Shown piece by piece: positions 28,430 through 37,302 of a stretch of 64,000 bases of DNA. The notes beneath the pieces were generated by a model, which had not been told where the DNA came from, did no database searches, and saw nothing but the letters and a program-made list of their open reading frames with translations. The number at the start of each line of letters is the position of its first letter. Position 1 is the first letter of the stretch. The position numbers and the translations under genes were made by a program. The DNA is from Planctomycetota bacterium (lineage in GTDB: Bacteria > Planctomycetota > UBA8108 > SXIK01), in contig CBDCXR010000004.1 in NCBI GenBank assembly GCA_965223845.1, positions 1,536,001 through 1,600,000 of the forward strand, in the 5' to 3' direction.

Positions 28430-31051
28430 ATGAGCGCCACCTTCTGGATTCACGTCGAGGAAAACGGAACTCGCCGGAGCGTCGAGCTCACGAGCGAAGT
28501 CACCGTGGGGAGGGGATCCACGAACACGATCGCGGTGGCCGATCCGCGCTCCTCGCGAAACCACTGTCGAGTGCTGGCGACGCCGCAGGGCGTCGTTCTC
28601 GAGGACCTCGGCAGTCGGAACGGCACGGTGTTCAAAGGAACAACGGTCAAGAAGACCCTGCTCAAGCTCGGCGACGAGTTCCGCATCGGACAGGCGTGCT
28701 TCACCCTTCGAGACGCCCCGGTCTCCGAAGCAGAAGGCGAGGGCGAGTTCGCCGAGACGGGCGAAGACGTCGACTCGGAGCCCTCTTCGGTCGACTCGAG
28801 CGCGAGCCACGTCGAGACGATCGTCGAGCCCTCTCGTCTCGTGCTCCCTCTCGACGTCGAGCACGAAAACGGGCGCGTCGAGTCGATCGACGTCCGGGAG
28901 GTCCCCTTCACGATCGGACGGCGCTCGAGCAACGACCTCGTGATCGAGGACGCGCGCTCTTCGGGTCAGCACGCCCGGATCACCCGCGACGGTGCGCGTT
29001 GGATTCTCGAGGATCTCGAAAGTCGAAACGGCACGATCGTCGGCGACCGACGCGTGCGGCGGGTGGCGCTCGTACCGGGACTCACCGTGACGATCGGGTC
29101 GACGAAGCTCCGCGTCGGAGGAGCGGCTCCGGAGGTCGCGAGCGCCGACGACGACGAGGCCGAATGGGCTGACGACGCGGTCGCCGCACCTGGCAGATTC
29201 GATGCGGGCGACTTCGCCGGTCGCGGAGCAGCCGAGCATCCGCTCGCCGTCGTCGGCATCGTCGCGGTGCTCGGTGCGATCTCGTTTTTCGGCATCGATC
29301 TCGCCCGTCGAGTTCTCGTCGAGCCGACCTTCGACCCCGTCGAAGCCGGAAACCTTCTCGGCACCGCATGGTCGTTCGAGGCGATCCAAGGCGAAGGCGA
29401 GGACGCCGTGCCCGCCGGGTGGACTCGGCAGTCTCCGACGGGCAGCTTTGGCTCGACGACCGATCTCGCGCAGCATCCGGGCCGACGGGCGCTCGTCGTC
29501 ACGGGGGCGGGGGACGCGGGCACCGCGGTCGAGATCGTGCGGGACGAAGCCGTACCCGTGTCGGCCGGCACCGCGTACCGACTCGAGTCATTCGTCGGGA
29601 ATCGCGGACCCTTCGCGGCTGGCGTCATCGTCCACTGGCTGCGAACTCGCGGCGGGACTCTCGTCGAGTTTGATCGTGCTTACTCGGAGGTCGCGCGGGA
29701 ACGCGGTGAGACACTGAGCATCGATCAAGTCGTGCTCGCTCCTCCGGGCGCCGAAGAAGCTCGCATCGGCTGCTTCGTCTGGGGTGGCGGTACGGCGGTG
29801 TTCGACCGCGTCTCCTTCCGAAGTGTCGAGGCGAGCGATGACGAGGCGAAACCGCAGAGTCTCGTCCGTTCGTTCACGGTAGGAAGCGATCGCTCTCGCA
29901 TCACCTTCTCCCTCACGCCGAACGGTCGCTTCTCGCTTCGGCGCGGAGCTCAGTCGGCGGTGTCGTCGGGCCGGGTCGGACTGGCGCCCGAACGAGACCC
30001 CGCCGGTGTCGGGACCGCGATGACCGGGATGCGCATCACCCGGGAAGACGCGACCGGCCTCGCGTTCGTCGCGCAGGTCCCGGATGTCGTCAAGCGGCGA
30101 TGGGTGACGGTCGAATCTTCGATCTTTCGCGGGCCGGAGCATCTCACGCTCACGATTCGCCGAGTCGTCGACGCGGGTGACGATGACCCGGGTGACCTCG
30201 TCGCCTATCTTCAGTTGCCGTCGACGGACCTCGAAGTTCGACTTCCGGACGCAGGAATCGACGTGACGAGCGGAGCGAACGACCTCGATCGTCTGCTTCC
30301 GGACGATGCGCAACCGGAACTCATCGTCGGACGCCGGAGCCGTCAGGTTGCGCTCGGATTTGCGCCGCCGTCCCCGCTCGCCATCGCGCCGCACGCCTTC
30401 CGCACCCGAGCGAACGGCGAGCCCGTGCGCACGTGGGTGGTGCGAAGCGCGGATCCCACGGAGTTCGTCCTCTCCGTCTCGATCGCGTCGCGGCTGGAGA
30501 GCTCGGCGACGCTCGGTCTCGTCCGAAACGCCGAAACAAAGTATCAGGGCGGAGACGTCGGCGGCGCGATTGCGCTTCTCGGTCGCATCGCCGAGCTCTA
30601 CCCCGAGCAGGAAGACGAGATCGCGCTCGCGAGTGAGCGTGTGGCTACGTGGCGCGAGGAAGCCGACGCCCGAGTGGAGTCGATTGCGGCGGATCTCGCC
30701 GCTCTCCGGGCGGCGCCGGCGCCGATCCTCTATCGACTCATCGAGAAGCGTTCCCTCGCCGCGGAGACCAGCTACAAAGGGCTCGCTGCGGGGCGGCGGG
30801 CGCGGGAGATCCGGGACGAGTCCGAGTCGCTTTGGAGGTCTCTCCAGGAGGAGAGAGCCGAAAGCGAGCTCGGCGAGTACTACGAGCGTGGGCGCGCGCT
30901 CTTCGGGGATGAGCGACTCGGTTTGGCGCGACTCTATCTAGAGTGGGTCATCGAGGCGGAGAGGGAGTCCGACCTCGCCCGGCAGGCGACCACGATTCTC
31001 GAGAGCATCGACAAGCGACGCGCGCGGCAGCGCGCGTCCCACCTGAGGTAA
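28430..31051 (+). CDS. Bitopic membrane protein: two cytoplasmic FHA domains, TM, CBM4/9-like beta sandwich, C-terminal TPR-like helices
   Basis: FHA1 VGRG...SSRNH...SRNGT and FHA2 IGRR...SSGQH...SRNGT with acidic linkers; TM LAVVGIVAVLGAISFFG; NLL...SFE...PAGW...GRRAL...AVFDRV pattern. Confidence 0.8.
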   Translation: MSATFWIHVEENGTRRSVELTSEVTVGRGSTNTIAVADPRSSRNHCRVLATPQGVVLEDLGSRNGTVFKGTTVKKTLLKLGDEFRIGQACFTLRDAPVSEAEGEGEFAETGEDVDSEPSSVDSSASHVETIVEPSRLVLPLDVEHENGRVESIDVREVPFTIGRRSSNDLVIEDARSSGQHARITRDGARWILEDLESRNGTIVGDRRVRRVALVPGLTVTIGSTKLRVGGAAPEVASADDDEAEWADDAVAAPGRFDAGDFAGRGAAEHPLAVVGIVAVLGAISFFGIDLARRVLVEPTFDPVEAGNLLGTAWSFEAIQGEGEDAVPAGWTRQSPTGSFGSTTDLAQHPGRRALVVTGAGDAGTAVEIVRDEAVPVSAGTAYRLESFVGNRGPFAAGVIVHWLRTRGGTLVEFDRAYSEVARERGETLSIDQVVLAPPGAEEARIGCFVWGGGTAVFDRVSFRSVEASDDEAKPQSLVRSFTVGSDRSRITFSLTPNGRFSLRRGAQSAVSSGRVGLAPERDPAGVGTAMTGMRITREDATGLAFVAQVPDVVKRRWVTVESSIFRGPEHLTLTIRRVVDAGDDDPGDLVAYLQLPSTDLEVRLPDAGIDVTSGANDLDRLLPDDAQPELIVGRRSRQVALGFAPPSPLAIAPHAFRTRANGEPVRTWVVRSADPTEFVLSVSIASRLESSATLGLVRNAETKYQGGDVGGAIALLGRIAELYPEQEDEIALASERVATWREEADARVESIAADLAALRAAPAPILYRLIEKRSLAAETSYKGLAAGRRAREIRDESESLWRSLQEERAESELGEYYERGRALFGDERLGLARLYLEWVIEAERESDLARQATTILESIDKRRARQRASHLR

Positions 31052-31056
31052 CGATC

Positions 31057-32712
31057 GTGTTTGGGCCGAAGAGCGGCGTCGGTATCGATCTCGGAGCGCA
31101 GCGAATCCTCGTCTGCGAAACTTTCGCGGATGCGGATGGCGTCCGCATCGCGAGCGCGGTCGCTCTCGATCGGCGGCGCCTCGGGCTCGGCGCAGATGCC
31201 CGCACCGTCGCGAAGGCCGTTGCGAACGCGATGAAGGAAGCTGGCATGAGCACGCGCGGAGTCGTGCTCGGTGTCGGTCAGCAGGACTGCATGCTCCGCT
31301 ACGCGCAGGTCGCACCCGTCGCCTCGTGGCGACTCGACCTCATCATGAAATACGAGGTCACCGAAGTCGCCGAACGGATGGATGAACCCGTCGCGAGCGA
31401 CTTTCGCGTGCTCTCGCTCCCGCGCGAGCCGGGTGAAGATCAGACGGTTCTGCTCGCCCTCACCAAGGAGGCGTTTCTCACCGAGTGGCTCGAAGCATTT
31501 CGCGCGGAGGGGATTGCGATCGAGAAGGCCTATCCGCAGCCGCTCGCGCTGTTCGCCGCGTACGACGCACTCGGACCGGAGATCGACCTCGAGTCGGAAG
31601 ACGACGATGTGACTCTCGTCGCCGATCTCGGCAAGCGCAGCGTCAACTTCGCGATTCTGCTCAATGGAAGACTCGCGTTCGCTCGCAACTCGAGTCTCGG
31701 GGGTGATACCTTCACCGAATCGCTCGCGAAGTCGATGGGGATCAGTCTCGAAGACGCCGAGCGGCTCAAGATCAAGCGCGGCGGCCTCGAGGCGAAGCAG
31801 GGAATACTCGACGACACGGTCGCGCCGCTCCGCGCCACCGGCGGTCAGCTCCTCACGCTGATCCAGTCCACCGTGCGATTGGCGTCGACGCAGATCAATT
31901 TGACGCTCCCGCCGCTCACGCGCGTCGTGACCCTCGGCGGCGGGTTCGGCCTTCGCGGTCTGGATCAGTTTCTCGCGCAGGGTCTTCGCTGCGCGGTCGA
32001 GCCTTTCCGTCCCGCCGGACTCTCGGTCGAGGCCGACGCCGAAGCGGCGATCTCCGGTCGCCCCGCCGACACCGCGACGGCCGTTGGACTGGGACTCACT
32101 CACTTGCGTCAGGCCGCAGGTGCCGAGGGGATCGAGGCGATCTCGATTCTTCCGGGCGAGTACGTTGAGAAGCGGACGTTCCGCGAGCGTACGGTGTTTC
32201 TCTACGCAGCGGGAGCGATCCTCGTCTTGGTTCTCCTCGCCCGCCTTCTGCTCGGGGTCGTGCGGACGAGTGAGGCGAACTCCGTGTTCGCTCACAACCA
32301 GTCCACGCTCACGGAGCTCCAGAGCATGCAGGCGGAGTACGCGGCGAACCGAACCGCCGAAGAAGCGTCTCGCAGTCGAATGAATCGTCTCCTAGCGGAG
32401 GCCGAGCAATCTGCGTTTCAGGCGCTCCTCCTCGATTTTTTCGGGGCGCGGCTCCGACCGGAGCTGCAGCTCCAGCGCGCGTGGCTGGAGCCCGAGGAGT
32501 CCTCGGAAGGGCAGATCGACTACGTCTTTCACGTCGAAGGTCGGGCGAACAACGAAAAGCGGCGCGCGTCGAGCTGGATCCGCGAGATGTTGAGCGACCT
32601 CGAGAGCGAGGAGACCGTTCGCTCGGCCGCGCTCATCGAATCGGCGCCTGAGAAGGGTGGCAGCTGGTACAACTTCTCGGTCGCGATCCGACCGAACTAC
32701 ATCCAGTACTGA
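31057..32712 (+). CDS. pilM: PilM-PilN fusion (actin-like domain, ISILP motif, TM, coiled coil, ferredoxin-like domain)
   Basis: GVGIDLG, ADLG...N, SLGGDTFT, LGGG, TAVGLGL, then AISILP (PilN INLLP-like) and a TM; GTG start just after the upstream stop. Confidence 0.85.
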   Translation: MFGPKSGVGIDLGAQRILVCETFADADGVRIASAVALDRRRLGLGADARTVAKAVANAMKEAGMSTRGVVLGVGQQDCMLRYAQVAPVASWRLDLIMKYEVTEVAERMDEPVASDFRVLSLPREPGEDQTVLLALTKEAFLTEWLEAFRAEGIAIEKAYPQPLALFAAYDALGPEIDLESEDDDVTLVADLGKRSVNFAILLNGRLAFARNSSLGGDTFTESLAKSMGISLEDAERLKIKRGGLEAKQGILDDTVAPLRATGGQLLTLIQSTVRLASTQINLTLPPLTRVVTLGGGFGLRGLDQFLAQGLRCAVEPFRPAGLSVEADAEAAISGRPADTATAVGLGLTHLRQAAGAEGIEAISILPGEYVEKRTFRERTVFLYAAGAILVLVLLARLLLGVVRTSEANSVFAHNQSTLTELQSMQAEYAANRTAEEASRSRMNRLLAEAEQSAFQALLLDFFGARLRPELQLQRAWLEPEESSEGQIDYVFHVEGRANNEKRRASSWIREMLSDLESEETVRSAALIESAPEKGGSWYNFSVAIRPNYIQY

Positions 32713-32714
32713 CG

Positions 32715-33533
32715 ATGAACGAGAGCAAGATCAAGAGGATCTGGGAGGAGAACAAGCGCTTCTTCCTCGTCGCAGGCGCAGGTCTGGCGGTGTTTCTCGG
32801 ATTGAACGCGTGGATCTCTTCCTACCTCGCGGGCGCGGACGCCACGCTGCGAAAGGCGAGCGAGCTCGCCGAGCAGAGCCGAAAGCTCAAGCAAGAGCTA
32901 AAGGGCGGTTACTGGGAGGTGCGCGGGCGCATCGACGACTACGCCGAGCTGGAGAAGCGTCTCCTTGGGGATCTCGCGGTGGCGCCGCTTTCCGAGGCGA
33001 GTCGACTCGACCAGAACGCGCTTCTCGTCGAGTTCAACGAGTCCATCGAAAAGGTCTGGGAAGACGCGCTCAAGATCGCGAATCGCCAAGGGGTCGAGCT
33101 GCCCGAGCGATTGAGCCCGGACGATTTTGGCTACGAGCCGTCGGACGACCTCACGGCGTTTCAACGGTACTACAAATACCTCGCGATCATTCGTCGGGCG
33201 ATGAATGCGATCCTCGAAGCGGACGTGCGTGAGCTCGGTCAGCCGGAGCTCATCGCCGAAGACGTTCATGCCATCGAAAATAATCCGGAGCGAGGTCTTC
33301 TTCTCCGTGTCGTTCGCTTCAGCACGCTCGCGTCGTACGACACGTACGTACGGCTCCTCAAGTCTGTGCAAACGCCGGGAGATTTTCTTCAGGTGCAGAT
33401 CCTGAGTCTCGCCGTCCCCAAGGGGGGAGACGGCAGCCTCCTTCGCGCCGACATGATCTTCGGCACCTGTGAGCTGACGACTGTCGAGCCGCGCGCGAGG
33501 GCCGGTACGCGCGTTCAATTCACTGGCGACTGA
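32715..33533 (+). CDS. PilO/Amuc_1100-like alignment-complex protein
   Basis: Single N-terminal TM, coiled coil, A...GVELP...FGY...L segment, C-terminal ferredoxin-like beta pattern; follows pilMN. Confidence 0.65.
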   Translation: MNESKIKRIWEENKRFFLVAGAGLAVFLGLNAWISSYLAGADATLRKASELAEQSRKLKQELKGGYWEVRGRIDDYAELEKRLLGDLAVAPLSEASRLDQNALLVEFNESIEKVWEDALKIANRQGVELPERLSPDDFGYEPSDDLTAFQRYYKYLAIIRRAMNAILEADVRELGQPELIAEDVHAIENNPERGLLLRVVRFSTLASYDTYVRLLKSVQTPGDFLQVQILSLAVPKGGDGSLLRADMIFGTCELTTVEPRARAGTRVQFTGD

Positions 33534-33551
33534 GGTCGCGGAATCCTTCCC

Positions 33552-33923
33552 ATGAAGCTCAATCGTGAAGTTTGCGCCCTGATCCTAGCGCTCGCGATTC
33601 TGGCGATCGGCCTCCGCGAGATCGTCCCGGGGTTCTTCGCCCCGGCCGGGTCTGTGCAGCTCGTCGACGCGTCGATCCCGAAGGCACGGCGCGACGTCGT
33701 CCCGCGATCGATCCGTTCGCACGTCCGGGACGTCGAGCTCGCTCGCGATCCCTTCACGTTCAGCGAGGGGTGGCAGCGACTCGACGCCTTGCCACTCGAC
33801 CCGCCTCCCCTCCCGCCGGCGCCGCGTCCCTTGCCGCTCTTTTACGGTGCCGAGCGCGCGAGTGAGCGTCACGTCGAGTTCGCCGAACGTCGGATGATTC
33901 CGAAGCGGAAGGAGACCCCGTGA
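33552..33923 (+). CDS. Small membrane-anchored Pro-rich protein at the PilP/GspC position
   Basis: N-terminal TM, RDPF motif (PilP-like), PPPLPPAP; overlaps the next start (GTGA). Confidence 0.55.
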   Translation: MKLNREVCALILALAILAIGLREIVPGFFAPAGSVQLVDASIPKARRDVVPRSIRSHVRDVELARDPFTFSEGWQRLDALPLDPPPLPPAPRPLPLFYGAERASERHVEFAERRMIPKRKETP

Positions 33924-36385
33924 AGCTTCGAAGCGGCCGAGTTTGGTTGGGCGTCTGCGGACTCGTGACCGTTACCGGTCTCGCGCCGTTCCTCCGCGCG
34001 GACGTCGACGACGAGATTCGCCTGTTCGACACGCTCTTTCTCTCCGGTGGTCGCAAGATCGAGGGCACGATTCTGAGCGCCGGGGATCTCGAGACGGCAG
34101 AGAAGATTCTCGTCCAGACACGCTCGGGGCGCGGGCAGTTCGAGCTGGCGACGAAAGACATCGAGCGCATCGTCCGCCGCCGTACGGTGGAAGAGGTCTA
34201 CAAATCGAAGCAGGAGCGCGTTGCCGCCATCGGCGACGAGAGCGAGCGGGCGAACGCCTACGCCGAGCTCGCGCGTTGGTGCAGGGCACCGCGCATCGAG
34301 CTGGATGGTCAGCCGCCTCGGGCGGAGAAGGCGCTCGAGCATTTTCTCGCGGCGCTCGAGATCGATCCGACGCAGCGAGATCTCTACGCCTTCGTACTCG
34401 ACGAGCTTTCCGCCACGGGGAGCCTCGACGAAGCGAGCGCCGAGCGCATCGAAACTGAGTTGCTCGTGGCGGAGCTTGCGCAGCGCGGAGGACTCGATCT
34501 TCCGGAAGTCGTCTTTCGCCGCGGGTACATCATCGCGACTCACGGGCAATCCAAGAACAAAGCCGTCGCCGACTTCCGGCGAGTTCTCGCGAGCGACTAC
34601 GACAATCGCGCCCACCGCCGGACGGCCCGGAAGCTCCTCAGCGAGGCGCTCGTCGAAGCGGGAGATCGAGCTGGAGCGCGGCGGGTGTTCGAAGAGATCC
34701 TCGTCGAGCCGGCGACGGACCCGAGCAACTTCGAGGCGCTCTACGAGCTCGGGCGACTCAGTGCCGGTGACGCCGACCCCGCCGTGAGAGGGCGGGCGAA
34801 AGCTCTTCTCGAGCAGGCGCGCGCGATCCAGCCCGAGTTCGCGCCGATCTACGAGCTCCTCGGCGCGCTCGAGTTTGAATCCGGGAACCACCGCGACGCG
34901 ATGAAGCACCTCAAGGAGGCGATCGCAAAGGATCCGAGCCGCATCGGACCGCAGGTCAACCTCGCCGTCGTTCAAGCGGCCGGCGGCCTCCGATCGACGG
35001 CGACGAAATCGCTCGCGATGATCCTCGGGCAGTCGGCGGGAGCGGATCGCGCTGCGGCGCACGCCGCGCTCGGACGCATCAAGGAAGACGCCGGTGACCT
35101 CGCCGGTGCGATCACCGAGTATCGCGCGGCGGTCGCAGCCGATGAGTCGTTCGTCGACGCGCAGCTCGCACTCGGCGCGGCGCTCGCGCGTGCGGGTGAA
35201 GCCGACGAAGCTCGCCTTGTCGCGAGCGCACTTCTCACGGCGAACCGAGACGATCCCGGAGTCTTCGTCGCGGGAACTCGGATTCTTGCCGAAGCCGAGC
35301 TCGCGGCCGGACAGATCAGCACTGCCACGGCGCATCTCGAGCGTGCGCTCGCGCTCCGACCCGAGGACGCGCATTTGCGCGAGCGTCTCGGTCTCGTTCT
35401 CATCCGGCAGGGGAATCTGGACGAAGCCTACCGTCACCTCGGCGCGCTCGGTTCACTCGAGGAGCGTCCGTCTGCGCAGGCCGCACTCGGGTACTACCAC
35501 TACTCGCGGGGTGAGCTGGCGGAGGCGGCGATCCAGTTCAAGCTCGTCGAGAAGCTGACCCGCGCACAGAAAGCGAGCGACAAAAAAGACCGCGCGCGGA
35601 TGGCGCTGTTCGCGTACGCCCAGGCGAGTCTAGCGCAGCTGCGCGATCTCGCGGAGCTCGAGATTTGGCGGGCGGAGTTCGCGGGCGATGACGCACCGCG
35701 GGTGGATGGATGGACGGAAGTCGAGCGCTTCGGCATCGCGATTTCGCGCGCTGGCGGGCGGATGCTCTTCGCGGGAACTCAACGCGAAGAGGCGGACGGC
35801 GTCACGCTCGCCCAGCTCGATCGCACCGCCGAAAGCGCGTCATTTGATCGCGTGTCGATGCGCGGCGCGGTTCACAGCGGGCGCGTTCGCTTCGGTCTTC
35901 GGATGGAAGGCGAGACGCAGCGCGGTGCCTCGACGGGGATTCTCGTCCACCGCGACTTCGACGGAACCGTGCGGATTCTCGTGAAGGGCACGCGAGGGTC
36001 GTGGAAACCTCTCGAGCCGACCGAGCCGGAAGAGGAAGACGGCAAGGACGAAAGTAGCACGCGCCGGCGCACATCCCGCCGCGCTCTCGTCTACCCGGGG
36101 ACCGTTTCCTGGCCGAACGACTCCGCCTCCCGCCGGCTCGAGATTCGCCGGAGTCCGGAGCCGAAGCTCGGAACTTCCTCACGCGCGACCAAGGACACAT
36201 TCGACGTCGTGCTCGACGGTGAGAACGTCGCGAGCTTCGTTCCCGTGAGCGGCCTCTCACGCGCGAAGCTCCGATTCTCGATCTCGGCGCAGACCGACGC
36301 GGAGGGGAACGAATTCTCCGTTTCCGTCGACGAATTCCATCTCTACCGAAAGCAGCCACGGGCAAAGCGGCGTTCGCGCTATTAG
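33920..36385 (+). CDS. Exported TPR-repeat protein with N-terminal small beta domain and C-terminal beta sandwich
   Basis: Signal peptide, DTLFLSGGRKIEG...IERI domain, many TPR-like repeats (ALEIDP, AIAKDP, ALALRPED), beta-rich C-terminus. Confidence 0.78.
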   Translation: MKLRSGRVWLGVCGLVTVTGLAPFLRADVDDEIRLFDTLFLSGGRKIEGTILSAGDLETAEKILVQTRSGRGQFELATKDIERIVRRRTVEEVYKSKQERVAAIGDESERANAYAELARWCRAPRIELDGQPPRAEKALEHFLAALEIDPTQRDLYAFVLDELSATGSLDEASAERIETELLVAELAQRGGLDLPEVVFRRGYIIATHGQSKNKAVADFRRVLASDYDNRAHRRTARKLLSEALVEAGDRAGARRVFEEILVEPATDPSNFEALYELGRLSAGDADPAVRGRAKALLEQARAIQPEFAPIYELLGALEFESGNHRDAMKHLKEAIAKDPSRIGPQVNLAVVQAAGGLRSTATKSLAMILGQSAGADRAAAHAALGRIKEDAGDLAGAITEYRAAVAADESFVDAQLALGAALARAGEADEARLVASALLTANRDDPGVFVAGTRILAEAELAAGQISTATAHLERALALRPEDAHLRERLGLVLIRQGNLDEAYRHLGALGSLEERPSAQAALGYYHYSRGELAEAAIQFKLVEKLTRAQKASDKKDRARMALFAYAQASLAQLRDLAELEIWRAEFAGDDAPRVDGWTEVERFGIAISRAGGRMLFAGTQREEADGVTLAQLDRTAESASFDRVSMRGAVHSGRVRFGLRMEGETQRGASTGILVHRDFDGTVRILVKGTRGSWKPLEPTEPEEEDGKDESSTRRRTSRRALVYPGTVSWPNDSASRRLEIRRSPEPKLGTSSRATKDTFDVVLDGENVASFVPVSGLSRAKLRFSISAQTDAEGNEFSVSVDEFHLYRKQPRAKRRSRY

Positions 36386-36437
36386 AACGAAGGGATACGG
36401 GGAGGCTGTCCGAACCTGAGCGAGGCGCTGAGCTTCG

Positions 36438-37175
36438 ATGATGAGAACAACTGCTCTGTTTGCCGTTCGACATCAAGACGAGATCCCGCGGGTGGAAGCG
36501 GGATCGATCGCGCGACGGAGGCGTCGTGGAGATCGGTCTCGACGAGTGGCGGGTTTCACTTTGATCGAGATGCTAGTCGTCATCAGCATCATCTCGATCC
36601 TCATGGGGGTCGCGCTCGTGGGAATCAACTCCGCGCGGGAGGCCGGTGACTCGAGCGCCGTCGAGACCGACCTACAGTTCCTTCGCTCCGCGATCGAGAA
36701 ATTCAGCGTTGCGATGGGTGACTATCCGCCGACACGGCTGAGCGATCTCGATCCCAAGCTGAAGGGAAATCCCCTCAACGAAGGCAACGAGAGCCTCTTC
36801 GCGTGCCTCTTGTCGCGACGCGGCGGCGGTCCGCACGCCGAGCTCGCAGAGGACCGTTGGGAGAATCTCGACGGTGACTCGCTCACGACGGAACAGCTCG
36901 GCATCGTCAAGAAGGAGCTCGACTGGATTCGCGGGAACGGCAATCTACTCGAGTACTGCGATCTCTGGGGACAACCCTATATCTACTTTCACCACCGCGA
37001 CTACGGCACGGCTCGGCGCGTGCGTCTTGCGGACGGTTCGGAGGTCGAGGTCGCCGCGCAGAAGAATGCGCAGACAGGAACATATTTCGCACCGACGACG
37101 TTTCAGCTTTGGTCGATCGGACCGAACGGAATCAACGAAAACGGCGGAGGCGACGATCTCGTCTCGTGGCGATGA
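36438..37175 (+). CDS. GspG-like (pseudo)pilin
   Basis: G|FTLIEMLVVISIISIL, GDYPP, DLWGQPYIY...FQLWSIGPNG...DDLVSW T2SSG-type C-terminus; start uncertain. Confidence 0.88.
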   Translation: MMRTTALFAVRHQDEIPRVEAGSIARRRRRGDRSRRVAGFTLIEMLVVISIISILMGVALVGINSAREAGDSSAVETDLQFLRSAIEKFSVAMGDYPPTRLSDLDPKLKGNPLNEGNESLFACLLSRRGGGPHAELAEDRWENLDGDSLTTEQLGIVKKELDWIRGNGNLLEYCDLWGQPYIYFHHRDYGTARRVRLADGSEVEVAAQKNAQTGTYFAPTTFQLWSIGPNGINENGGGDDLVSWR

Positions 37176-37302
37176 CGGCCTCCCCAGCGGGCGTCGTCTA
37201 CTCGCCGTGCGTCGGAAGTCGGATCGCACCGCAATTCCCCGAGGGAGGGCGAGCCTCCGGCACGCTGACGAACAACCCGATGGGAGCGGGAGCGAGGATG
37301 GA

